Source: Acaryochloridaceae cyanobacterium VAR_48_metabat_390 | GTDB lineage: Bacteria; Cyanobacteriota; Cyanobacteriia; Thermosynechococcales; Thermosynechococcaceae | Direction: 5' to 3' | Length of the DNA stretch: 40,363 bases | NCBI GenBank assembly: GCA_031422435.1 | Contig: JANPLU010000007.1 | Span: forward strand, 1 to 40,363 | In this document: one piece after another, positions 27,257 through 36,186 of the stretch | Position numbering within the stretch: position 1 is the first letter of the stretch | How the letters are laid out: each line of letters begins with the position of its first letter | Program-made: the position numbers and the translations under genes | The notes under the pieces: model-generated | The model's database searches: none | What the model was told of the DNA's origin: nothing | The model's input: the letters and a program-made list of their open reading frames with translations, nothing else

Positions 27257-28318
27257 ATGACCGCAAATACCTCAGAACAAACCTCCCTGGATCTGCTTAT
27301 TACGCTGAAATCTCAGTACGAGTATGCATTGACTGAAGCAAATGCGAAGGCTGTATATCTTAGAGAACAGTTAGCTCATGTTAATGCTTTACTGATCAAT
27401 CAGCTTATTCCTTCTAATGGCGCGCAGCCTTTACAGGCTCACGTTACAAATTCAGCGCCAATGTTAGCCTTCAGTGCCCCAGTAGAGACACTAGGCAGCG
27501 ATCTCTCTACTCAACTATCATCATTGGAAGTTACTGAGTCAATTCCAGTCCCCAGCAATGCGACCGTCTCTGAGCCTTGCACTCAAAAACGAGCCGTTTC
27601 TAAAACTACGCCAAAGCCAGAAAAACCGATTAGAAAGCGTAACTCACTCACCCTGCTGCCTGCCTATCAAGGACTCCAAAAGCTAGATGCGATCGCCCAA
27701 GTTTTAGAGGCACAAGCGGGTCAAGAAGTAAGCATCGACAGCCTTGTCCAAACGCTCTACGGCAACCTCAGCGCCACCGAGCATAAAGCAGAGCGGCTCA
27801 GAATGAAAACCGCCATGTTTCAGGGGGTCAAGAAAGGGTTTTGGCAAAAGGCCCTAACGCCTTCAAGCTATTTGATTGCTGCTCCAAAAGAGGGCAGTGC
27901 AGGTCGCAAAACCGTTAAGACCAGCGTGGCTGCAAAGTCTGAAGAGGCGATCGCCCTCGCGCCAGTATCACAGCCCGCTAAAGGCCCTAAGACAAAACCA
28001 GGGCCAACAGCAGGGGCAAATACACGCAACTCACTGCCGCTATTGCCTGTCTATCAAGACATGAAAAAGCTAGATGCTATTGGCGTAGTGCTTGAAAAAT
28101 ATCGCGGCGAAGTGCTACATCACGACACGATTATTCAAATGCTTTACGGTGACCTTAGCCCCGCAGAGCTAAAGGCAGAGCGAGTGCGAATTAAAACCGC
28201 TCTACTCACAGGGGTTAAAAATAACCGTTGGGAAAAAGCACCTAAACCATCTAGCTATTTTCTCAAATCAGACGCTACCTCTGGGAAAGCTCGTGGTGCC
28301 AAAGCTCCTAAAAAGTAG
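27257..28318 (+). CDS. Hypothetical protein: N-terminal coiled coil plus two tandem ~80-aa winged-helix-like repeats
   Basis: Repeats at 27638-27877 and 28025-28264, 44/80 aa identical by manual alignment; Lys/Pro-rich linkers. Confidence 0.75.
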   Translation: MTANTSEQTSLDLLITLKSQYEYALTEANAKAVYLREQLAHVNALLINQLIPSNGAQPLQAHVTNSAPMLAFSAPVETLGSDLSTQLSSLEVTESIPVPSNATVSEPCTQKRAVSKTTPKPEKPIRKRNSLTLLPAYQGLQKLDAIAQVLEAQAGQEVSIDSLVQTLYGNLSATEHKAERLRMKTAMFQGVKKGFWQKALTPSSYLIAAPKEGSAGRKTVKTSVAAKSEEAIALAPVSQPAKGPKTKPGPTAGANTRNSLPLLPVYQDMKKLDAIGVVLEKYRGEVLHHDTIIQMLYGDLSPAELKAERVRIKTALLTGVKNNRWEKAPKPSSYFLKSDATSGKARGAKAPKK

Positions 28319-28342
28319 CTCAATGGGTCTAAATGGTATTCT

Positions 28343-29506
28343 ATGGCGAGCAAACTTCCAATCTATCTAGACGGGCATGCTTCAACACCAGTAGACCCAC
28401 AGGTATTGGAGGCGATGCTCCTCTATCTCAGTGAGCAATTTGGCAATCCATCCAGCGGGGGGCATTGCTACGGGTGGGAAGCTGCCGCTGCAATTAAGTA
28501 CGCAAGGCAAATGATCGCAGATGCCATTCATGCTGACCCAGAAGAGATTATTTTTACCAGTGGTGCCACTGAAGCCAATAATTTAGCGATTAAAGGCGTT
28601 GCAGAAGCCTATATTCAGCGAGGCCGTCACATTATTACGGTTGAAACCGAGCATCGAGCTGTGCTTGAACCCTGTCGATATCTTGAGCGACTTGGGTTTG
28701 AGGTTACTTATCTGAAGGTACGGTCGGATGGGTTAATTGATCTTCAGGCTTTAGCGCAGGCGTTGCGACCCGATACCGTTTTGGTTTCTGTGATGGCTGC
28801 CAATAGTGAAATTGGGGTTTTGCAGCCGCTGACTGAGGTTGGGGCATTATGCCGTGCCCATCAGGTATTGTTTCATACCGATGCCGCTCAAGCCATTGGC
28901 AAAATTGCTCTAGACGTAGAGGCAATGTCCATTGATTTGATGTCTCTAACCGCCCATAAGCTGTATGGCCCTAAAGGGATTGGGGCACTTTACGTGAGGC
29001 GGCGATCGCCACGGGTACAGCTTGCCCCTCAACTGCACGGCGGGGAGCAGGAGCGAGGGTTCCGCTCTGGCACGTTGGCAACGCATCAAATTGTCGGCTT
29101 TGCCAAGGCGATCACGCTGGGGCTAGCAGAGCAGCCGCAAGAAGGGGAACGGCTGAAGATTTTGCGCGATTGCCTCTATGCCCATCTACAGACCTTAGGA
29201 GACATTCACCTCAACGGACACCCAACCCAAAGGCTCCCTGGCTCCTTGAATGTAAGCATTGAGGGCGTGGATGGCGCTGCGCTGCTGCTGGGACTACGGT
29301 CTTCCATTGCAGTGTCTTCTGGATCTGCCTGTGCATCGGGAGACACAAAGCCCTCCTCTGTGCTGCTGGCGTTGGGACGCGATCGCAGGTTAGCCTCAGC
29401 ATCTTTACGATTTGGCATTGGGCGCTTTAATACCCCGGAAGACATTGAGACGGCTGCGGCTGGCATTATGGCTGTGGTGAAGTCTTTACGCCAGGGCATC
29501 AGCTGA
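28343..29506 (+). CDS. IscS/NifS-type cysteine desulfurase
   Basis: YLDGHASTP, FTSGATEANN, HTDAAQ, TAHKLYGPKGIG, SSGSACASG. Confidence 0.93.
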   Translation: MASKLPIYLDGHASTPVDPQVLEAMLLYLSEQFGNPSSGGHCYGWEAAAAIKYARQMIADAIHADPEEIIFTSGATEANNLAIKGVAEAYIQRGRHIITVETEHRAVLEPCRYLERLGFEVTYLKVRSDGLIDLQALAQALRPDTVLVSVMAANSEIGVLQPLTEVGALCRAHQVLFHTDAAQAIGKIALDVEAMSIDLMSLTAHKLYGPKGIGALYVRRRSPRVQLAPQLHGGEQERGFRSGTLATHQIVGFAKAITLGLAEQPQEGERLKILRDCLYAHLQTLGDIHLNGHPTQRLPGSLNVSIEGVDGAALLLGLRSSIAVSSGSACASGDTKPSSVLLALGRDRRLASASLRFGIGRFNTPEDIETAAAGIMAVVKSLRQGIS

Positions 29507-29510
29507 GCGA

Positions 29511-30602
29511 CTAAATCTGAGAGTGCAACGCTTTCATTAAGGCTTCACCCATCGCCTGACAGCCCAAAACCGTGGTGCCTGGAGATTGAATATCTGTCGT
29601 GCGGTACCCTGCTTCTAACACCTGCTGTACAGATTGTTCAATACGGTTAGCAGCTTCTGGCTGATTGAGTCCATAGCGCAGCAGCATGGCAGCACTTAAG
29701 ACCTGAGCTAAAGGGTTTGCCTTATCTTGTCCGGCAATATCCGGCGCAGAGCCGTGGACTGGCTCAAATAGCCCAGGCCCAGATGCGCCCAAACTGGCGG
29801 AGGGCAACATCCCAATGCTGCCCGTCAGCATGGCAGCAATATCCGACAAAATATCCCCAAACAGATTGCTGGTCACAATGGTGTCAAACTGTTTGGGGGC
29901 GCGCACAAGCTGCATCGCGGCATTATCAACGTACAGGTGGGTCAGCTCCACGTCAGGGTACTCGGCAGAGAGGGCTGTGATGCGATCGCGCCAAAGCTGT
30001 GAGACTTCTAACACGTTTGCTTTATCAACAGAACACAGTTTGCAGGTGCGCTTACGCGCCGTCTCAAACGCAACCCGACCAATGCGATCAATTTCGGAGT
30101 CGCTGTAGGCCATGGTATTGACGCCGCGCTGTTCTCCTGTCTCGGTGGTAAAAATGCCCCTAGGCTTACCAAAGTAGATGCCGCCCGTGAGTTCCCGAAC
30201 GACCATCAGGTCAACACCAGAGATGATTTCTGGTTTGAGGCTTGAGGCATCAATCAGCTGTGGCACAATTTGGGCTGGTCGAAGGTTGGCAAACAGCTCT
30301 AGGCCAGCGCGCAGACCCAACAGCCCCGTCTCTGGGCGCAGTTCACGGGGGAGGGTGTCCCACTTATAGCCGCCGATCGCCGCGAGCAAAACCGCATCAC
30401 TCTTACGGCATTTATCTAGGGTTTCTTCTGGTAGGGGCTGCCCCACGGCATCTACCGCAGCCCCTCCAATCAATGCCTCTTGAAACGTAAAGCTGAAGCT
30501 ATGCCGATCCGCCATGGTCTTGAGGACTTCTACAGCAACAGCCATAATTTCTGGGCCAATGCCGTCACCGGGGAGCAGGGTAATGCGGTATTCCTGAGTC
30601 AT
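29511..30602 (-). CDS. leuB: 3-isopropylmalate dehydrogenase
   Basis: [52 protein letters not shown] 30602 preferred. Confidence 0.97.
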   Translation of the reverse strand: MTQEYRITLLPGDGIGPEIMAVAVEVLKTMADRHSFSFTFQEALIGGAAVDAVGQPLPEETLDKCRKSDAVLLAAIGGYKWDTLPRELRPETGLLGLRAGLELFANLRPAQIVPQLIDASSLKPEIISGVDLMVVRELTGGIYFGKPRGIFTTETGEQRGVNTMAYSDSEIDRIGRVAFETARKRTCKLCSVDKANVLEVSQLWRDRITALSAEYPDVELTHLYVDNAAMQLVRAPKQFDTIVTSNLFGDILSDIAAMLTGSIGMLPSASLGASGPGLFEPVHGSAPDIAGQDKANPLAQVLSAAMLLRYGLNQPEAANRIEQSVQQVLEAGYRTTDIQSPGTTVLGCQAMGEALMKALHSQI

Positions 30603-30917
30603 GGGTTGAGGTAAGAACGTGGAGTAGGACTGCGATCGCCGTTTTTGCAATTACAGGCAGTTTTTCATCATAGGACGGTTTGCGGTCTGCTGGATCGACA
30701 AATTTCTTAGCACGACGTGCAAACGGCTCAATCACGCGATAGTCTGCCTATTGGGGAATTCAGCCGCAGGGTAGCTTTGGCGCAACCATGCTGTACCCAC
30801 TACCCTTACAGCCAAAGTCAATTCAATTTTTGCAACAGGTCAGTTACAAGATCAATCACCAGGGAGGCGCTTCCCTGTGGTGATTTTGTTACATCGTCAT
30901 AGATAGATGTAATAGAT

Positions 30918-31334
30918 TCATCTCTTTTCGATTTCATCTGACCATTCTCCGCTGGCAATCCGTTTGCCGCTGTACTGCTCAACTTTTTGCAGCGTCATGA
31001 AGTAAGCCCAGGCTAAACCCAGCGATCGTCGTCCTTCCGCCTCAAATACCTCAACTTCCCTCCGCTGATACTCATTTTGAGCTTCAGCACGATGAGGATG
31101 GTAGTCTTCTAGCCTGTCTAAGTCTGCCAAAATGGTTTCGTCTGCCAGCTCCAGTAAATAGCCTTTGACCCAAGTATTACCCAAGGTCATGGCAGGGTAG
31201 CCTAGCAATAGATCAAAAAGTTTACCGCGCACTTGGACTGGCAGCGGAGGGGCTAGCGTGCGATCGCCCCCACAATAGCGCTCAAAATTGACCTGTCCAG
31301 GCTTCAGCGTCCCATAAACGAACGCCCTGATCAT
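30918..31334 (-). CDS. Gamma-glutamylcyclotransferase (AIG2-like) family protein
   Basis: FVYGTLKPG, GYPAM, LDRLEDY, YQRREV, AWAY. Confidence 0.9.
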   Translation of the reverse strand: MIRAFVYGTLKPGQVNFERYCGGDRTLAPPLPVQVRGKLFDLLLGYPAMTLGNTWVKGYLLELADETILADLDRLEDYHPHRAEAQNEYQRREVEVFEAEGRRSLGLAWAYFMTLQKVEQYSGKRIASGEWSDEIEKR

Positions 31335-31336
31335 AT

Positions 31337-32260
31337 CTATTCATAGGTCTTTACAGCATCGACCAGTTCGAGAGTAGACACATTGCGGATATCAAACGTG
31401 ATGACATCGGGATGACCAGGAAGCCTCAGTTCCCCTAAGCCAATCCAGCCTTGATGCTGCAACACATACTCTTCCCGATGAATAAATGCCTGACTTTGAT
31501 CTTTTGCCACAATAAACGTGCCATTTGTACTTTGGTCAATCAGCACAAACTTTCCCTTGCGAAAAATAATTTGCACATGGTGGCGGGACGTATAGTCATC
31601 ACAAATTGACAGATCGTTCTCTGAATTGCGCCCAATCGTAAAACCGCTTTGCTCTGGCCTAAGCTGTACCACCTGATCATGGTGCTTAAGCTGAAGAACG
31701 CTTGTAAAAACCGCCGTTGTCGGGAGATTCGTTCTTGCCGTTGTTAGTTCCCGTCGCTCCCAAATAATTTGATGGACGCTAATGCGCCCAGTCTTGCCAG
31801 GGCTGGGGATGCGCTCCATCGGTCGAGTCTGCATCTGAAGCGAAACCGACAGCGCCTGCACTGTTTCTTGACTCGTCAAAATTTGACCCGATTGTGCAAA
31901 GGCCACGATTCGCGCCGCAGCATTGACCGTGCCGCCAAAGATGTCATCATTTTCTGTAATAACGGAGCCAAAGTTTAGCCCAATTCTTAACCCCAACTGA
32001 AGATCGTTCGTGGCAGCATACTGCGTGATGTTTTCCTGCATTTTGCAAGCCGCCCACACGGTCTTGTCAACTTGAGGGAAAATCGCCATAATCTCATCTC
32101 CAATCACTTTAATGACCTGACCCTCATGCTGCTGCACAATCTCAGTCAGACGCGTTAAGCAATTTTCGATAATGATCTTGGCAGCTTCATCCCCCAGAAC
32201 TTCATAGAGTCTAGAACTACGACTAATGTCAGCAAAGAGAACGGTCTGAAACAAACTCAT
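31337..32260 (-). CDS. Class III adenylate cyclase domain fused to a C-terminal FHA domain
   Basis: VLFADI, VIKVIGDEIM, LRIGL, DIFGGTVNAAARI; FHA motifs IGRNSEND, TSRHH, DQSTNGT. Confidence 0.88.
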   Translation of the reverse strand: MSLFQTVLFADISRSSRLYEVLGDEAAKIIIENCLTRLTEIVQQHEGQVIKVIGDEIMAIFPQVDKTVWAACKMQENITQYAATNDLQLGLRIGLNFGSVITENDDIFGGTVNAAARIVAFAQSGQILTSQETVQALSVSLQMQTRPMERIPSPGKTGRISVHQIIWERRELTTARTNLPTTAVFTSVLQLKHHDQVVQLRPEQSGFTIGRNSENDLSICDDYTSRHHVQIIFRKGKFVLIDQSTNGTFIVAKDQSQAFIHREEYVLQHQGWIGLGELRLPGHPDVITFDIRNVSTLELVDAVKTYE

Positions 32261-32486
32261 AGCCAGGTTACGCGCGAAAGCTGGCGGCCACTAGCGCTTA
32301 ATTCCTCACACCAACCAAACGTCATCTGTAGACGACGGCCATAAAAGAGTTTAATCTTTGGCTTCATTTTAAGCAAAGGCACAGATTTATAGGTGAATCA
32401 TTCAAGTTTTAAAGGAGAAATTCGTCACCGATAGCCTCTAAAACAATAGCCTATTCACCCTGCCTGTGTCAGTAGCTTAGGCCGTT

Positions 32487-33776
32487 TCAGAAGGCTTTTG
32501 TAAGGTCTTGAAAGACCCGCTCAAGAATAGAAAGAGCCTCTTCCACTTCTGCCCCACTCACAATCAATGGCGGTACAAAGCGCACAACTTTTGGCCCTGC
32601 TGGCACCAGCAATAGCCCTTTATCCATTGCCACTTTGACCACTTCTGGAGCGGTCAGAGCCACATCGGCGCTAATCTCCATGCCGTTAATGAGTCCCCAA
32701 CCGCGCACGTCGGTGATGAAAGCTGGGTGCTGATGGGCGGACTCTTGGTGCGCAGCTATCGCCTTTAACCCTTTTCTCAACTGTTCACCGCGCACCCGCA
32801 CGTTTGCCAGCAAATTTTCTTGGGTAAGGGTTTGACAAACTGCCAAAGCTGCCGCGCAGGCAAAGGGGTTGCCGCCAAAAGTGCTGGCGTGATCCCCAGG
32901 GGTAAATACGTTGCAAAATGCTTTGCACAACATTGCGCCAATAGGGATGCCGCCTGCTAAGCCCTTTGCTGACGTGAAAATATCGGGTTCAATCCCTAAG
33001 TTTTCGTAGCCCCAGAGCTGACCGCTCCGGCCAATCCCGACCTGTACTTCATCTAGCATCAGCAAAATGCCCTTGTCGTTACAGAGCTGACGCACCTTCT
33101 GGAAGTAGCTCACCTCTCCAGGCCGCACGCCGCCTTCGCCTTGCAGTGGCTCTAGTAAGATGGCTGCAACCTGACGCTCGGAGGCATCGAGTTGGGCGAT
33201 CGCCGCTTCTAATGCCGCAATATCGTTGTAGGGCACGTAGTGAAACCCTGGCACGAGGGGCGAGAAATTTTGCTGGTACTTCGGCTGCGCTGTGGCAGTC
33301 ACAGTTGCCAGGGTGCGACCGTGGAAACTGGCGTTTGCCGTAATAATGACGGGGTTATGAATCCCTAACACCGTATGGGCGTACTTACGCGCCAACTTAA
33401 TGGCACCTTCGTTGGCCTCAGCGCCAGAGTTACAGAAAAACGCAAAATCTGCGCAGGAGTTTTGGGTGAGCCACTGGGCTAAGTCCCCCTGTTGCGGAAT
33501 GTAGTAAAGGTTTGACACGTGATGCAGGGTCTGAATTTGCTTCGTCACCGCATCTATAAGCGCTGGATGGGCGTGACCTAAGGTGCAGGTGGCGATGCCT
33601 GCCACAAAGTCAAGGTAGCTGTTGCCGTCTGTATCCCAAAGGCGGCATCCCTCTCCACGGGCGATCGCCAACGGAAACCGACCGTAGGTCGGCATAACGC
33701 AGCGGTCAAAAGCAGCAGCGTCAAAGCCTGAATTGGATGACAGAACCGTAGCGGGAGAGAGGGTTTCAAGACTCAC
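32487..33776 (-). CDS. argD: Acetylornithine aminotransferase
   Basis: YLDFVAGIA, NSGAEANE, FHGRT, EPLQGEGG, DEVQVG, AKGLAGG, HASTFGGNP; GTG 33776 with GAGGA RBS preferred over TTG 33815. Confidence 0.95.
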   Translation of the reverse strand: MSLETLSPATVLSSNSGFDAAAFDRCVMPTYGRFPLAIARGEGCRLWDTDGNSYLDFVAGIATCTLGHAHPALIDAVTKQIQTLHHVSNLYYIPQQGDLAQWLTQNSCADFAFFCNSGAEANEGAIKLARKYAHTVLGIHNPVIITANASFHGRTLATVTATAQPKYQQNFSPLVPGFHYVPYNDIAALEAAIAQLDASERQVAAILLEPLQGEGGVRPGEVSYFQKVRQLCNDKGILLMLDEVQVGIGRSGQLWGYENLGIEPDIFTSAKGLAGGIPIGAMLCKAFCNVFTPGDHASTFGGNPFACAAALAVCQTLTQENLLANVRVRGEQLRKGLKAIAAHQESAHQHPAFITDVRGWGLINGMEISADVALTAPEVVKVAMDKGLLLVPAGPKVVRFVPPLIVSGAEVEEALSILERVFQDLTKAF

Positions 33777-33981
33777 AATACTATCCTCGACAGGAATAAT
33801 GGTCATGTGTTTCAAGTTGTATTATTTGTATAAGACAACTTGAACTGCAAACTTTTCTCGATCATGGCACCTTTTTTGAAAATCTCAAGTTGAACATCTC
33901 AGGAGAGAGAGGGTGATCGCGTCCAAAGTCTGAATCGTCAAACATCAGTTCTCACCGGAAACGGCAACAAAACATAGGTTT

Positions 33982-34023
33982 AATGATCTTGATCACATCA
34001 TTTAAGAATAGAAATGATAATCT
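33982..34023 (+). promoter_or_regulatory. Putative CRP-dependent class II promoter
   Basis: AATGATCTTGATCACA (13/16 to TGTGATCTAGATCACA) at 33982-33997, 20 nt before a TG-extended TAATCT -10 at 34018-34023. Confidence 0.55.
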
Positions 34024-34061
34024 AATAGCATCTAAAAAATGATTAAATTTGGACTCGCTAT

Positions 34062-34406
34062 ATGCGTTACCTTAATTCTTTATTTGCGGCAGGTTCGGGT
34101 TTTGCTGTTGCAGCCACCCTCCTGATACCGTTTCAGACTGCCGCTGTCGCTAATGAAATGAAAGGAACTCAGATTGCTGCTGTAGGACGAGAGTCTCAGC
34201 CTACAACAGCAGTATCTCTCAATCAAACAAAAGTCGTTTGCAGCCGCAATAAGCCACTGTCTTTGAATGCCGAAGGGGTCAAGGTCGCCTCAAGTATTGC
34301 CCCTCAAAGTGCAGATGGGGTTCCCAATGTAATTCGGCTTTTTTGTCGAGACGTCCGCATCAACACGATTGTGGTTCGTGACTATTGCGCAGTTATTCGT
34401 AACTAG
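34062..34406 (+). CDS. Small secreted hypothetical protein with C-terminal CRDVRINTIVVRDYC motif
   Basis: Signal peptide ending AVA; 114 aa; motif shared with the downstream protease. Confidence 0.8.
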   Translation: MRYLNSLFAAGSGFAVAATLLIPFQTAAVANEMKGTQIAAVGRESQPTTAVSLNQTKVVCSRNKPLSLNAEGVKVASSIAPQSADGVPNVIRLFCRDVRINTIVVRDYCAVIRN

Positions 34407-34482
34407 CTTTTTGTCAGGCTTTTAAGGAGTCATTCCCTAAGCAGCGCTTTCCATCGTTTTACTACAGACCCAACGCTCAGCC

Positions 34483-36033
34483 ATGAACGCCTCCTCCCGC
34501 CTAACCGCCCTCCTATTGGGAACAACCGTAATGGTGGCTCAGCCTTTCGATTGGGGAAAGGCCGTTGCAGGAACTTCTATTGGCAAACTTGCGCCTGAAG
34601 TGACCGTTTTTATTCAAGGGGTTAATAACCCTGACAACTTTGGCTCTGGCGTGGTGATTGGCCACTCTGGCAAAAGCTATCTTGTTTTAACCGCAGCCCA
34701 CGTCGTTGCAGCAGCAGATCGATACACCATTCAGGCCAGCGACGGCGTACAGTATACGCTACAGAACATTAGACGAATTCCTAATGTTGATATGGCGATC
34801 GTTCAGTTTGAAAGCAGCAGCAGCTATACCGTTGCTCAGATGGGCAACTCCGATGACGTTAGCCTAACGACAGGGGTATACGTTGCGGGCTATCCAAAGC
34901 CGGGACAAAACATTAGAGTGCCCGTGCTAACCATTACAAATGGTGAAATTGCCCAAGTTCTTCCAGCCAATGCTTCCGTTGATGGTTACGGGTTTGCCTA
35001 CACAAATTCAACCCGCGCTGGCATGAGTGGTGGGCCTGTGTTCAACAGTCTTGGAGAAGTGATCGCCATTCACGGACGCAAAGAAGGTGAGGCGGGCGGT
35101 GGAGCAACCAATGGCGCCTGGCTGAATCTTGGGATTCCTATTAATCGCTATAAAGGAGCGGGTGCAGGCGGCGCTCAAATTGCCGCAGCACTACCCAATG
35201 TTGATCTTCAGCAAAAGGCGCGGGAAGCTGCCCAGCGTCAGGCTCAAGAGCAGGCTCAAAGACAAGCCCAAGAGCAGGCAAAGCGAGCTGCTTTAGAGTC
35301 CGAACGTCAGGCTCAAGAGCAGGCTCAAAGACAAGCGCAGCAGCGGCAGGCGGTGGAGGCTCAGCGGCAGGTTCAAGAACAGGCTCAACGGCAGGCGGTA
35401 GAAGCTCAGCGGGAAGCTCAAGCACAGCAACAGGCTGCTTTAGCAGCGCAGCAGCGGCAGGTTCAAGAACAGGCGCAGCAACAAGCAGCGGCAGTTCTAA
35501 AGGCACAGCAGCAAGCTCAACAGAACATCCAGGCGCAGCAGGCCAATGCCCAGCGCCAAGCTCAAATTTCTGCTTCTGCAAAGAATCTTCTGGCGAGTGC
35601 GTCACCCTTTGCAGCCTCAGCGATACCCGCACGATCTTCAACAATCTCTTCTACGCGTGAGGTTTGTAAGGACGTTCGCATTAACACGATTGTGGTTAAG
35701 CGCTGTAATACTGAAGTGGTCAATCAAATTCAGGAGTCAGCCTCTGTGCCCTCCTCTAACAGCTCAGGTAATGCGGTCAATACTGGAAATGCGCGTGCAG
35801 TAGGCGGCAACTATCAAGCGGCTATAGATGACTATACGTCTGCAATTCAAGGGAATTCTGGCCTGGCGATCGCATTTTTTAATCGCGGCCTAGCACACTA
35901 TAACTTGGGCAATAAAGATCGGGCGATCGCAGATTTTTCTAGAGCTGCAGATTTATTTAGATCCCAAGGAGACTCCCAAAAGCTACGGCAAACGCAGGAT
36001 ATTCTTCAGGCGTTGACGCAATCTAACTCTTAG
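34483..36033 (+). CDS. Secreted trypsin-like serine protease with Gln/Ala coiled-coil stalk, CKDVRINTIVVKRC motif and C-terminal TPRs
   Basis: Triad TAAH / VDMAIV / GMSGGP; QRQAQEQA repeats; AIDDYTSAI, FFNRGLAHYNLG...AIADFSRAA TPRs. Confidence 0.9.
   Translation: MNASSRLTALLLGTTVMVAQPFDWGKAVAGTSIGKLAPEVTVFIQGVNNPDNFGSGVVIGHSGKSYLVLTAAHVVAAADRYTIQASDGVQYTLQNIRRIPNVDMAIVQFESSSSYTVAQMGNSDDVSLTTGVYVAGYPKPGQNIRVPVLTITNGEIAQVLPANASVDGYGFAYTNSTRAGMSGGPVFNSLGEVIAIHGRKEGEAGGGATNGAWLNLGIPINRYKGAGAGGAQIAAALPNVDLQQKAREAAQRQAQEQAQRQAQEQAKRAALESERQAQEQAQRQAQQRQAVEAQRQVQEQAQRQAVEAQREAQAQQQAALAAQQRQVQEQAQQQAAAVLKAQQQAQQNIQAQQANAQRQAQISASAKNLLASASPFAASAIPARSSTISSTREVCKDVRINTIVVKRCNTEVVNQIQESASVPSSNSSGNAVNTGNARAVGGNYQAAIDDYTSAIQGNSGLAIAFFNRGLAHYNLGNKDRAIADFSRAADLFRSQGDSQKLRQTQDILQALTQSNS
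35209..35565 (+). repeat. Intragenic Gln/Ala/Arg/Glu repeat region (coiled-coil stalk)
   Basis: Exact 32-bp duplication CGTCAGGCTCAAGAGCAGGCTCAAAGACAAGC at 35236-35267 and 35305-35336 plus further degenerate copies. Confidence 0.85.
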
Positions 36034-36186
36034 CGACTGCCTATTGCCAAGGGTTCGGAATGAAGTAAAACGGACTCCGCATCCATCTTCATACTTTTGT
36101 GATAGATGATCGGTTTCAAAGGAAGTATTCCCATACTAGAAACGTAAGCGTTTGTCTTAATCTGAATAGCAGCTTATCTATAAAAT

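Noticed and set aside
30880..30893. NtcA-like GTG-N7-TAC
   Set aside because: Spacing and first triplet deviate from GTA-N8-TAC.
30717..30902. 61-aa intergenic ORF
   Set aside because: GTG start without an RBS, runs through hairpins and has no motif; treated as non-coding.
35141..35644. 167-aa antisense ORF with LEPA repeats
   Set aside because: Shadow of the Gln/Ala repeat on the opposite strand.
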